18,835 nucleotides of DNA from Bdellovibrionota bacterium FG-2 (GTDB lineage Bacteria > Bdellovibrionota > UBA1018), in the NCBI GenBank assembly GCA_051382305.1, contig JBBCAV010000102.1, positions 1 through 18,835 of the forward strand, in the 5' to 3' direction. A program made the translations under genes and the position numbers. The notes beneath the pieces were generated by a model. That model saw only the letters and a list, made by a program, of their open reading frames with translations, was not told the DNA's origin and ran no database searches. This document shows, in pieces, positions 1-8,192 of the stretch (the first letter of the stretch is position 1; each line of letters starts with the position of its first letter).

Positions 1-82
1 ATATAATATATACTGTAAAGGGTCGTTTTTATTCTAGGAGATAAGGCATTTCTCGGTGAAAAATATTGTGGCTGGCAGAGAA

Positions 83-110
83 TGTTTACATATTTTTCAT
101 TATGTAAACA
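83..110. promoter_or_regulatory. Perfect 10-bp inverted repeat upstream of the TA operon; probable autoregulatory operator (alternatively a dif-like site)
   Basis: TGTTTACATA (83-92), 8-bp spacer, TATGTAAACA (101-110); 28 bp upstream of the antitoxin ATG. Confidence 0.55.
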
Positions 111-138
111 CTTATGGTAACCTAGTGGTGGAGGGGTT

Positions 139-339
139 ATGGCAAAAAGCAAATCGGTCGCTACTCGAATGGATACCCGAACTTTAATTGAGCTAAAGAA
201 GATATTTCCGAGCGAAAGTCCATCGCAGATCCTCCGAATTCTCGCGGAAGAGCGCATCGCTATTGAGCGCAATACGCAAAGCCTTTATGCGGCCAGAAAA
301 GCTTTGGGTGGAAAGAAATCAAGTAGAGACTTTCTGTGA
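139..339 (+). CDS. Putative antitoxin (small DNA-binding protein, VapB position)
   Basis: 66 aa, GGAGG SD upstream, N-terminal strand-helix-helix pattern (SVATRMDTRTLIELKK...SPSQILRIL), GTGA overlap with the downstream PIN gene. Confidence 0.65.
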   Translation: MAKSKSVATRMDTRTLIELKKIFPSESPSQILRILAEERIAIERNTQSLYAARKALGGKKSSRDFL

Positions 340-728
340 TCGTCGTCGCTGACACGAGCGTGATTCTCGATTTTTTGGATGGAGATATTTCGGATCCGTA
401 CGCCCTTGTTCGCCCCTATCGGCTGATTCTGATTTCTCCCGTGGTTCTTCATGAAGTATTGCGAACCTTTCCTGATGATTATCATTCACAGCTATTCGAA
501 GAACTGCGTCAAGAACTCCTGCCCGCTCCGAGGCTTGAGCATTGGATTGAAGCTGCCCAGGTCATGAGAACCCTGTATTCTCGACGGCATGAAAAGAACA
601 TGGCTAGAATGCAAAATAATATTTTGATCGCGTTAGCTGCCCGTGAGGTTGGCGCCCCCGTTTGGAGCAGGGACGCCGACTTTGAGATTATTTGTAACCA
701 CTTAGGAATTGGACTTCTTAAACAATAG
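336..728 (+). CDS. vapC: PIN-domain (VapC-family) toxin
   Basis: 130 aa; VVADTSVILD, SPVVLHEVL, ILIALAA and VWSRDADF PIN motifs; third acidic position appears to be N rather than D. Confidence 0.85.
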   Translation: MIVVADTSVILDFLDGDISDPYALVRPYRLILISPVVLHEVLRTFPDDYHSQLFEELRQELLPAPRLEHWIEAAQVMRTLYSRRHEKNMARMQNNILIALAAREVGAPVWSRDADFEIICNHLGIGLLKQ

Positions 729-2684
729 GGCCGATTTGAAGCAGAAGCCCAGGAACCGCTTGAATCTAGGGAATTTGTTCGCGATCTTTACCAATTTTCG
801 GGTGATTTTATAGGGTGGGGTTTCAAGGAGTGTGTGAAGTTCGTGGATCTGAAGCTGACGCTCGTGGATTCGCTCATGCAGCCCTTTTCCTTCAAGCTGC
901 AGTTCATGGATTCGTTCGTGTAGCCCTTTTCCTTCAAGCTGCAGTTCATGAATTCGGCCATGCAATCCTACGGCTTGAGTCTCAAGCTCCGCGTTTCGTC
1001 TGAGCGTTTCTTGAATCTGTTCAAGTCTCCGAGCCCGGCTGTATTCTTCTTCTGCTGTCCTAGGCAGGTAGGAGTGATTTAGCGGGTGTTCAAAGGCATT
1101 GAGCAGGGCGGTTTTTATGCGATCTTTCGAAGGCCAGCGCGAGGCCGCTTCTTGAAAAAGAACTTCTTGCTCAAGATCTTCTGCAAACTGAGGATTTACT
1201 CCAAGCACCTGGCAGGTATTTTGGTACAGCTCCCTAAAATTTGAAAAAGGAGGCGCGCCTTGAAAGACCTCAAAGTCCCTGCAAAAAGCGGTGACATTAC
1301 GAAAGATAAACCAGCTCGGGGACACGAGGTGAGGGGATCGCCATTCGAGATCAAAGAGGAAATAGCAGGGCGTCTCTTCTGACGTGAGCGCGTTAATAAA
1401 TACTGCGTCTATTGCCTGGGGGTCGAGCCCCCCTGCTCTTTTCCAGTGTGCAAGAGACCACGCTAAGAAGTCCTCAAACTCTTTGGAAAAAGCCGCCCAA
1501 TTCCCAAAATAGGCGTGATTAACGAGGATCGCTCGCAATGGAGTTCTCGCTATGACGGGCTCAGGTGAGGGTGCCTGCCATTCAAAATTATGGGGAGCGA
1601 TCGTCGAAGAGGCGCCTTCAAGGATTTCTTTTCGAGCCACGAGCTTGTCGCAATTTACGGGAATTTCAAAGACCGTTTTGACGGGCGTTCTTCTGCTGAG
1701 CGAATAATGCCAAGCGAGTTGTTTCTTTCCAATCTCTTGGTTCCTGAGTTTGTTCATTACGTTGGAGCTAGCAGCCAAGCTTGAAACGAGGAGAAACGAA
1801 TTGGAAAACTCAGGCAGAAGTCCTGCTTCTGCAATGCCCCTAAGAGCTAGGTAGTCTGACATGAAACGGGTTTGGGGGCGGCCGTAGTTTTCGAAGCTTT
1901 TTGAAGACGCGAGGTCGGCCAAGAATCCTGAGTGTCCAGGGTCAGAAGAGTCGAGAAGGTTTTTTGAAATCACGGTTGAAGGAATTTTGTAATCCGGAAA
2001 CGGAAAGTACTCTTGCGATTGAGAAAATCCGGAATCAGTCAGAAGAGACAGAATCTCTTTTCGGGAAAACGTCCGAGGAGATGGGTTGCGGGGGTACCCT
2101 GATATGCCATCAAAAAGCCCGCCGGTATGGTCTTCGGCGCAACCGGACCAGTATTTTAGACCCAAGCGGTTTTCGATGGCAAGTATCAGGCAGCCCTCGG
2201 GCTTCAGATGCTCTCTCGCTTGATGGAGGAACGCATGGAAGGGTGTTTTGGCCCCCGAAAGATTTGTAAAAAAGAGCTCTGAATATTCTAAGACTCCAAT
2301 CACACACACAACATCAAATTTGCGCCCCAGGTGAACATCTTGAATGTTGGCTACTTGCCCAGTCCAATTCTTGAGGTCTCTTAAGCGCTCACTCAAGGCG
2401 CCGAAGCGTTTTTGGGTTCCCTCTACAACCGTAAGCGAACGTGCATTTTCTGCGATGAGGCGCGAAACCGCTCCCATGCCTGCGCCTAGTTCCAAGACGT
2501 CAAGGCCGGCAAAATCGAGATGTCTCAGCAAATTAGAGCGCTCAGGAGAGAGGTGGTATCTCACTTCCCACTCCCCATACCGATCTGAGGCGATGTCGCA
2601 GGATGCGTCGAGCTTGGGCGCTCTTCTTAGAAGATCGAGGACTTGATTCTCTTGGGGGATCCCGTCGCAGTAATTAATTGACAT
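702..2684 (-). CDS. Class I SAM-dependent methyltransferase with C-terminal coiled coil (WbdD-like glycan-capping candidate)
   Basis: VLELGAGMGA SAM motif, FDVVCVIGVLEY, LAIENRLGLKYWSG; kinase-like remnant DAVFIN...LFDLEW; C-terminal heptad repeats and basic amphipathic tail. Confidence 0.75.
   Translation of the reverse strand: MSINYCDGIPQENQVLDLLRRAPKLDASCDIASDRYGEWEVRYHLSPERSNLLRHLDFAGLDVLELGAGMGAVSRLIAENARSLTVVEGTQKRFGALSERLRDLKNWTGQVANIQDVHLGRKFDVVCVIGVLEYSELFFTNLSGAKTPFHAFLHQAREHLKPEGCLILAIENRLGLKYWSGCAEDHTGGLFDGISGYPRNPSPRTFSRKEILSLLTDSGFSQSQEYFPFPDYKIPSTVISKNLLDSSDPGHSGFLADLASSKSFENYGRPQTRFMSDYLALRGIAEAGLLPEFSNSFLLVSSLAASSNVMNKLRNQEIGKKQLAWHYSLSRRTPVKTVFEIPVNCDKLVARKEILEGASSTIAPHNFEWQAPSPEPVIARTPLRAILVNHAYFGNWAAFSKEFEDFLAWSLAHWKRAGGLDPQAIDAVFINALTSEETPCYFLFDLEWRSPHLVSPSWFIFRNVTAFCRDFEVFQGAPPFSNFRELYQNTCQVLGVNPQFAEDLEQEVLFQEAASRWPSKDRIKTALLNAFEHPLNHSYLPRTAEEEYSRARRLEQIQETLRRNAELETQAVGLHGRIHELQLEGKGLHERIHELQLEGKGLHERIHERQLQIHELHTLLETPPYKITRKLVKIANKFPRFKRFLGFCFKSALLFKKSNS
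862..965 (-). repeat. 42-bp intragenic tandem repeat (about 2.5 copies) encoding IHELQLEGKGLHER
   Basis: AGCCCTTTTCCTTCAAGCTGCAGTTCATG is identical at 880-908 and 922-950 (period 42), with degenerate flanks. Confidence 0.9.
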
Positions 2685-2698
2685 TGATTAAGGTGATC

Positions 2699-3727
2699 CT
2701 ACCGCGCAAACGTATGGCTGTACCACTCCACCGTTTTGCGCACGCCTTCATCGAAACCATAGCGAGGTTTCCAGTTCAAAACGCGCTTCGCTTTATCGCT
2801 GTTGAGGCACTGAACAGGAATTTCGTTGGAAGCTTCGTTAAGAACTTGCGCCTCCACATCCTTGCGTCCCATCACTTCAAGAATCTTCTCAACGACTTCC
2901 TTAACGGTGAGTCTCAGGCCATATGAAAAGTTGAACGCTTCGCCCGCGTGCTGCACCTTTTTGGTGAGGGGATCCTCTGTCATCAGTTCCGCAAGCGTGA
3001 GGTAGGCATGGGCCCCATCTTCGACGAAGATATAGTCGCGAATATATTTGCCGTTACTTCGAATCACGGGGCGGCGGCCTTCAATCACGTCGCGAATCGT
3101 GCCTGGAAAAATGCGACTAAAATTGAGATCGCCTGGACCAAAGAAGTTCCCACAACGGGTGACCGCAACGGGCAGTCCATACGAGAGCGCATAGCTCCGC
3201 GCTATCAAATCTGTACAGCTTTTTGAAACATCGTAGGGGTGATCGCCCATAAGCGGAAAATTCTCGTCGTAGGCCTCACCTTTGAGGTTTCCATAGGCTT
3301 TGTCCGAAGACGCGATAATCACACGGCGCACTTTCTTTGCATGAATTCGGCAAGCCTCCAACAAATTCCACGTGCCCCCAATGTTTGCTTCAAAAGTCGC
3401 GAGGGGATTGCGGTTAGCGGTGCCCACAATGGTTTGGGCGGCTAGGTGAAAAACGGAATCGATTTCGTATTCGTTTAAAACGCGCTCAAGCAGAGCGAAA
3501 TCTTCAATTTCACCCCTTACCGTAACGACCTTCTTATGAAGAGACCACTCTGGGGCGTCGGAGAAGAAGAGGGATTTAGGAACATTGTCACGAACGAGGG
3601 CGACGACTTCTGCGCCGTTTTCCACGAGCATGCGGGTCAAGTGGGAGCCCAAGAGGCCGGTGCCACCGGTAATGAAAACTTTTGAGTTACGCCATTTGCT
3701 TGGGCCTGAGCTTTGAGGTAGGGTCAT
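2699..3727 (-). CDS. rfbG: NAD-dependent nucleotide-sugar 4,6-dehydratase (CDP-glucose 4,6-dehydratase-like extended SDR)
   Basis: ITGGTGLLG, HLAAQ, SSDKAYG, YDVSK, GNFFGPGD; start placed at ATG 3727 (MTLPQS) because the longer ORF overlaps rfbF on the opposite strand. Confidence 0.75.
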   Translation of the reverse strand: MTLPQSSGPSKWRNSKVFITGGTGLLGSHLTRMLVENGAEVVALVRDNVPKSLFFSDAPEWSLHKKVVTVRGEIEDFALLERVLNEYEIDSVFHLAAQTIVGTANRNPLATFEANIGGTWNLLEACRIHAKKVRRVIIASSDKAYGNLKGEAYDENFPLMGDHPYDVSKSCTDLIARSYALSYGLPVAVTRCGNFFGPGDLNFSRIFPGTIRDVIEGRRPVIRSNGKYIRDYIFVEDGAHAYLTLAELMTEDPLTKKVQHAGEAFNFSYGLRLTVKEVVEKILEVMGRKDVEAQVLNEASNEIPVQCLNSDKAKRVLNWKPRYGFDEGVRKTVEWYSHTFAR

Positions 3728-3749
3728 AGTGAAAAGGTCTATAAAAACT

Positions 3750-4580
3750 ATGACAAAAAAGCAAAATGTTCCGGTGTTTATTTTGGCAGGGGGCTTGGGG
3801 ACCAGGATTTCTGAAGAGACCGACCTTAAGCCAAAACCGATGGTAGAGATCGGAGAAATCCCGATCCTTGTGCACATCATGCGCTGGTATTATGCCGCTG
3901 GTTTTGATGATTTTGTGATTTGTGGCGGCTATCGGTGCTGGGAAATCAAAAACTACTTTTTAAATTACGAGTTTCGACCCAACAATCTTGTGATTGATCA
4001 CCGAAACTCTGGCGATGTGCCGCCGGCTGCTTTTGGACGAAACTCTGCGCAAGAAAAATGGCGAGTGCGTGTGATCGACACCGGACTCAACTGTATGACC
4101 GGAGGTCGAATTGCTCGCGCTTTTGACTTGGTGAGTAACGAAAAGGGTGGAGACACGGATTGCTCCACTTTTGCTGTGACCTATGGGGATGGTTTGTCGG
4201 ATGTGGATTTGGTAAGCGAGCTTGAATTTCACAAGACGCACGGAAAACTTGGGACCGTTTTAGGTGTTCATCCTGCCGCCCGTTTTGGCGAAATTGAACT
4301 TCAGGCAGGGGGGCGGGTAAAATCCTTCGCAGAAAAACCTCAGTCTCGTGAGGGATATATTAACGGCGGATTCTTTTTTTTCCGCTCAGGAGCGCGCAAA
4401 TATCTTCGCGCCGAGCCTGATTGCATTTTGGAGCAAGGCCCGCTGGCGAAGCTCGCGCAGGATAGCGAACTGATGATGCATAAGCACGATGGTTTTTGGC
4501 AGCCCATGGATACGATCCGGGAGAAGCAGCTCCTGCAGGGGCTTTGGGAGAAGGGCGCGCCCTGGCTGGCAAAGGCCTGA
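3750..4580 (+). CDS. rfbF: Glucose-1-phosphate cytidylyltransferase
   Basis: ILAGGLGTRISEET, KPKPMVEIG, TGGRI, TYGDGLSD, INGGFF, GFWQPMDT, APW; start at ATG 3750. Confidence 0.9.
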   Translation: MTKKQNVPVFILAGGLGTRISEETDLKPKPMVEIGEIPILVHIMRWYYAAGFDDFVICGGYRCWEIKNYFLNYEFRPNNLVIDHRNSGDVPPAAFGRNSAQEKWRVRVIDTGLNCMTGGRIARAFDLVSNEKGGDTDCSTFAVTYGDGLSDVDLVSELEFHKTHGKLGTVLGVHPAARFGEIELQAGGRVKSFAEKPQSREGYINGGFFFFRSGARKYLRAEPDCILEQGPLAKLAQDSELMMHKHDGFWQPMDTIREKQLLQGLWEKGAPWLAKA

Positions 4581-4680
4581 GTCGCGGTGCAGCGTTCCTC
4601 TCCAGACCTTCAGTTTTTTCGTCGCTTTTTGGGCCTAAAATAAGTAGGGTTCTAGATAAATTTCTGAGAGGAGCTAAAAA

Positions 4681-5991
4681 ATGGGTCGCGAAAAGACTTT
4701 AGTAGATCGCATTGAGAAAAAAGAAGCGGTGATTTGTATTTTGGGGTTGGGCTATGTCGGTTTACCCTTAATGCTTCGCTACAACGAAATGGGTTACAAA
4801 GTCTTAGGTTTAGACATTGATAAAACTAAAGTCGAAGCCCTTAATCAAGGCCGCTCCTATATTGATCATATTCCCTCTGCGGCTATCCAAAAGGCCGTTA
4901 AGAGTGGTTTTCGCGCGACCACCGATTTTTCTGAAGCCAAGAATACCGACGCGATAATTATCTGCGTGCCTACGCCGCTGAACAAATACCGAGAGCCGGA
5001 TCTGAGTTATGTCTTGGATTCGATGAAAGGCGTCTTGCCCTATCTGCAAAAGGGGCAGGCTGTTTCGCTAGAGAGCACCACTTGGCCCGGGACGACCGAC
5101 GAAGAGCTTAAGCCTTTGATTGAGTCACGTGGGTTCAAGGTCGGCGAAGATGTGTTTCTCCTCTTTTCTCCCGAGCGCGAAGATCCAGGGAATCCAAAAT
5201 TTGAAACCCGTGCGATTCCAAAAGTCGTGAGTGGAACAACCCCCGCATGTCTTGAGGTCTCAAAGGCCCTTTACGGCTGCGTGTTGGACAAGATTGTCCC
5301 GGTGAGCACCACTCGCGTTGCCGAGATGACCAAACTTTTGGAAAACATTCATCGGGCGGTCAATATTGGTCTCGTTAATGAGATGAAGATCGTTTGCGAT
5401 AAGATGGGGATCGACGTTCATGAAGTGATTCGGGCGGCAGCGACCAAGCCCTTTGGTTTTGTGCCCTATTATCCAGGTCCAGGCCTAGGCGGGCATTGTA
5501 TTCCGATTGATCCTTTTTATCTGACCTGGAAGGCCCGTGAGTTTGGGATTCATACTCGTTTTATTGAGCTGGCCGGCGAAGTGAACTGCGGTATGCCGGA
5601 GTGGGTAGTGAACAAAATGGTTCTGGCCTTGAATCACGCAAAGAAGTCCGTGAAGGGGAGCAAAGTGCTTGTTCTCGGGCTTTCGTACAAGAAAAATGTG
5701 GATGATTTGCGGGAATCCCCTTCCTTGCAGGTCATGGAGCTTTTGCGCAAGCTTGGCGCCGACGTGCAGTACTCCGATCCGTTCTTCCCTCGTTTCCCTA
5801 AAATGCATGAACACACTTTCAACTTAGAAGGAGTGCCTTTGACTCCTGAAACGTTGAAGTCTTTTGATCTTGTCTCCGTTCTGACGGATCATGAGAAATT
5901 TGATTACGATTTGATCCAAAAGCATGCTTCGCTCATCGTGGACACGCGAGGGGTGTATACGAAGTCTTTTGATAATGTCGTGAAGGCATAA
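4681..5991 (+). CDS. wbpA: Nucleotide-sugar 6-dehydrogenase (UDP-GlcNAc 6-dehydrogenase, WbpA-like)
   Basis: [34 protein letters not shown], catalytic [34 protein letters not shown]. Confidence 0.85.
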   Translation: MGREKTLVDRIEKKEAVICILGLGYVGLPLMLRYNEMGYKVLGLDIDKTKVEALNQGRSYIDHIPSAAIQKAVKSGFRATTDFSEAKNTDAIIICVPTPLNKYREPDLSYVLDSMKGVLPYLQKGQAVSLESTTWPGTTDEELKPLIESRGFKVGEDVFLLFSPEREDPGNPKFETRAIPKVVSGTTPACLEVSKALYGCVLDKIVPVSTTRVAEMTKLLENIHRAVNIGLVNEMKIVCDKMGIDVHEVIRAAATKPFGFVPYYPGPGLGGHCIPIDPFYLTWKAREFGIHTRFIELAGEVNCGMPEWVVNKMVLALNHAKKSVKGSKVLVLGLSYKKNVDDLRESPSLQVMELLRKLGADVQYSDPFFPRFPKMHEHTFNLEGVPLTPETLKSFDLVSVLTDHEKFDYDLIQKHASLIVDTRGVYTKSFDNVVKA

Positions 5992-5999
5992 GCGATTTC

Positions 6000-7106
6000 G
6001 TGATTCACGTTATTATTGGGACCAAGGCTCAGTTGATTAAAATGGCGCCCATTATGAGGCGCCTGCAGGATTTGGGTATCCCCTATAACTACATTTCCAC
6101 GGGCCAGCACAAGGACACCATGGAGGAAATCCTCGATAACTTCGAGCTGAAAAAGCCTGATGTTCATCTTTATCAGGGGCGGGATATTACGGCGATTCCG
6201 CAAATGGCGATGTGGAGCTTGAGGATCTTGTGGAAGGTGCTCTTTAATCGGGCGGCGGTTTTTAGGCAGAATAACAAAGATAAGAGCGGGATTGTCCTCG
6301 TTCACGGCGACACCTTTTCCACTCTCTTGGGTGCGCTCATGGGCAAGCTTGCAGGACTTAAGGTGGGGCATGTCGAATCGGGCCTTCGTTCTTATAATTG
6401 GTTTCAGCCTTTTCCAGAGGAGCTCACGAGGCTTGCTACATTTAGGCTTTCTGATTTTATGTTTTGCCCAGGTCAGTGGGCGGTGGAGAATCTTAAGCCC
6501 TATTCTGGGGAAAAGGTAAATACCGACGCTAACACGCTTTTGGATTCGTTGTCGTACGCCTTGCCCGGAATCAAAAAACTGCCCGGTGATTATGTGCCCA
6601 CTCGCAGTTTTGGGATCGTAACCCTTCATCGGTTTGAGAATTTTAGAGACGAGGATTCGACGCGGCGAATAGTTGAATGCGTAGAGCAAATCGCTAAGAC
6701 TCAAGATCTGCTTTTTATTTTGCACAAGCCCACGGAGATCAATCTCCGAAAATATGGATTTTATGAGCGGCTGAGAGCTAATCCCCGAATCGAAATGCGC
6801 CCGCGCTATGATTACTTCAAATTCATTAAACTTCTGCTGGGCGCACGTTTCGTTATTAGCGACGGGGGCAGTAACCAAGAAGAATGCTATTATCTTGGAA
6901 AGCCCGTGCTTTTACTTCGGAATGTGACCGAACGCAAAGAGGGTTTAGGAAGAAACGCGGTCATTAGTCAATTTGATCCTAAAGTTATTGATGAGTTCTT
7001 GGGCTCCCTTGATCGTTATACTTTTGATCTTTTGAATCAGGAAAAAAGCCCATCTGCCGTAATTGTTGAAACCTGCAGGCCTTTTGTGGGAGCGGCAATT
7101 GGCTAA
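6000..7106 (+). CDS. UDP-N-acetylglucosamine 2-epimerase family protein (divergent WecB-like)
   Basis: IGTKAQLIKMAP, TGQH, VHGDT, HVESGLRS, FPEE, TLHRFEN, SDGGSNQEE, LRNVTER. Confidence 0.85.
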   Translation: MIHVIIGTKAQLIKMAPIMRRLQDLGIPYNYISTGQHKDTMEEILDNFELKKPDVHLYQGRDITAIPQMAMWSLRILWKVLFNRAAVFRQNNKDKSGIVLVHGDTFSTLLGALMGKLAGLKVGHVESGLRSYNWFQPFPEELTRLATFRLSDFMFCPGQWAVENLKPYSGEKVNTDANTLLDSLSYALPGIKKLPGDYVPTRSFGIVTLHRFENFRDEDSTRRIVECVEQIAKTQDLLFILHKPTEINLRKYGFYERLRANPRIEMRPRYDYFKFIKLLLGARFVISDGGSNQEECYYLGKPVLLLRNVTERKEGLGRNAVISQFDPKVIDEFLGSLDRYTFDLLNQEKSPSAVIVETCRPFVGAAIG

Positions 7107-8046
7107 GAGCTCTTGGATTCAGCGCGCGATGATTGGGTTAATTTTGGCCGCCGCTTGTTTTTTCCTTTTCCGTTATCGCAGGGAGTTTTTAAATATTCGA
7201 ATTCATGAACCCTGGCTTCTCATCCCTCTGAGTTTTCTCGTTGTTGGGTTTTTCTTTACCAATGGATTGCATAATCGGTTTTTTCTCAGGGCTTTTTCGC
7301 TGCGGCTTACGCCCACGGAGTGGTTTGGCCTCTCGGTGGTTAATACCTTGGGCAATTTGCTAACGCCTATGCGTGGGGGGGCGATTTCGAACGCGGTTTA
7401 TCTCAAGCAAAAATACGGATTTTCTTATGCTTCTTATGTGGGCGTGTTGTCCGCGACCTACGTCATAATGTTTTGGATTAATTCGCTGATGGGTTTGCTT
7501 GCACTTGTGGCGGTCGGCGGAGTGCTTGGAGGCGCCGCACACCCCCTGGGGAAACTCATCGCATTGGTTTTTGGCGGAAGTTTTCTGTTTTTTACGCTGA
7601 TTATTTTATTCTCGCCTCGCTTTCCAGCGCCTCAAAACCGATTTTTGGCAAAATGTGTGCATGCTCTCAATGATTGGCATCAGGTGCGGAGTAACCGCCC
7701 AGTTATTGTGGCAACCGCCTCGATTGGTTTCGTCAATGTTCTGCTCATGACTTTGATGGCCTATGTCCAGTTGCGCCTTGTGGGGAGTGCGGTCAGTCTC
7801 GAGAAGTGTATGGTGATTTCTGTGTTTTCATCTTTTTCGCTTTTTCTGAGCATTACGCCTGGAAGTTTAGGAATTCGTGAAGCCTTCGCCGCTGTGTCGG
7901 GCTTCGTCGTGGGGTTGTCTCCTGCGGTCATGGTGGCAGCAAGCGTGATTGAGCGGTTGATTAATTTTGGCTGGTCGCTAGGCCTTGGGTTAGTGTTTTC
8001 GCGGGCGCTGATGCTGCGGGCTTCGAAGACAAAGCGGTCTATTTGA
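7099..8046 (+). CDS. Polytopic membrane protein, LPG-synthase TM / flippase-like family
   Basis: Many hydrophobic segments; NLLTPMRGG and SITPGSLGIRE motifs, ERLINF; TTG start at 7099 with GGGAG upstream, overlapping the epimerase stop. Confidence 0.75.
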   Translation: MAKSSWIQRAMIGLILAAACFFLFRYRREFLNIRIHEPWLLIPLSFLVVGFFFTNGLHNRFFLRAFSLRLTPTEWFGLSVVNTLGNLLTPMRGGAISNAVYLKQKYGFSYASYVGVLSATYVIMFWINSLMGLLALVAVGGVLGGAAHPLGKLIALVFGGSFLFFTLIILFSPRFPAPQNRFLAKCVHALNDWHQVRSNRPVIVATASIGFVNVLLMTLMAYVQLRLVGSAVSLEKCMVISVFSSFSLFLSITPGSLGIREAFAAVSGFVVGLSPAVMVAASVIERLINFGWSLGLGLVFSRALMLRASKTKRSI

Positions 8047-8052
8047 CAAAGT

Positions 8053-8166
8053 GTGACCCACATTAGTTACCCATGTTTCGAGAGAATGTGGCTGCTTCAG
8101 TGCACGCAACGTAATAAGGAGCCGTAAGTGGTGAGTGCCAAATTCACTGGCAGGGTCACTCATGGG
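8053..8166. ncRNA. Candidate structured RNA (four-way junction with possible pseudoknot); strand unknown
   Basis: GTGACCC 8053-59/GGGTCAC 8153-59; ACATT 8060-64/AATGT 8085-89; GGCTGCTT 8090-97/AAGGAGCC 8116-23 (1 mismatch); TGCCA 8136-40/TGGCA 8148-52; CCCATG 8070-75/CATGGG 8161-66. Confidence 0.25.
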
Positions 8167-8192
8167 GGAAACTGTGCCCGGGCCGTTTACCG

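Noticed and set aside
1-22. ATATAATATATACTGTAAAG as a second dif-like site
   Set aside because: Truncated by the window edge, and the right arm does not match TTATGT
862-965. Tandem repeat considered as a CRISPR array
   Set aside because: In-frame coding repeat with similar intervening sequence, no unique spacers and no cas genes
3728-3880. N-terminal extension of the dehydratase ORF to 3880
   Set aside because: It lies antisense to the conserved rfbF N terminus, and SDR similarity begins only after Met at 3727
5904-6878. 324-aa minus-strand ORF
   Set aside because: Antisense shadow of the 2-epimerase; no recognisable motifs
8060-8105. Hammerhead-like CUGAAG...CGAAAC on the minus strand
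   Set aside because: Core is CUGAAGC rather than CUGANGA, and stems I and II cannot form
8119-8152. GAGCCGTAAGTGGTGA resembling the start of group II intron domain V
   Set aside because: The 3' half of the domain V hairpin is missing and there is no reverse transcriptase
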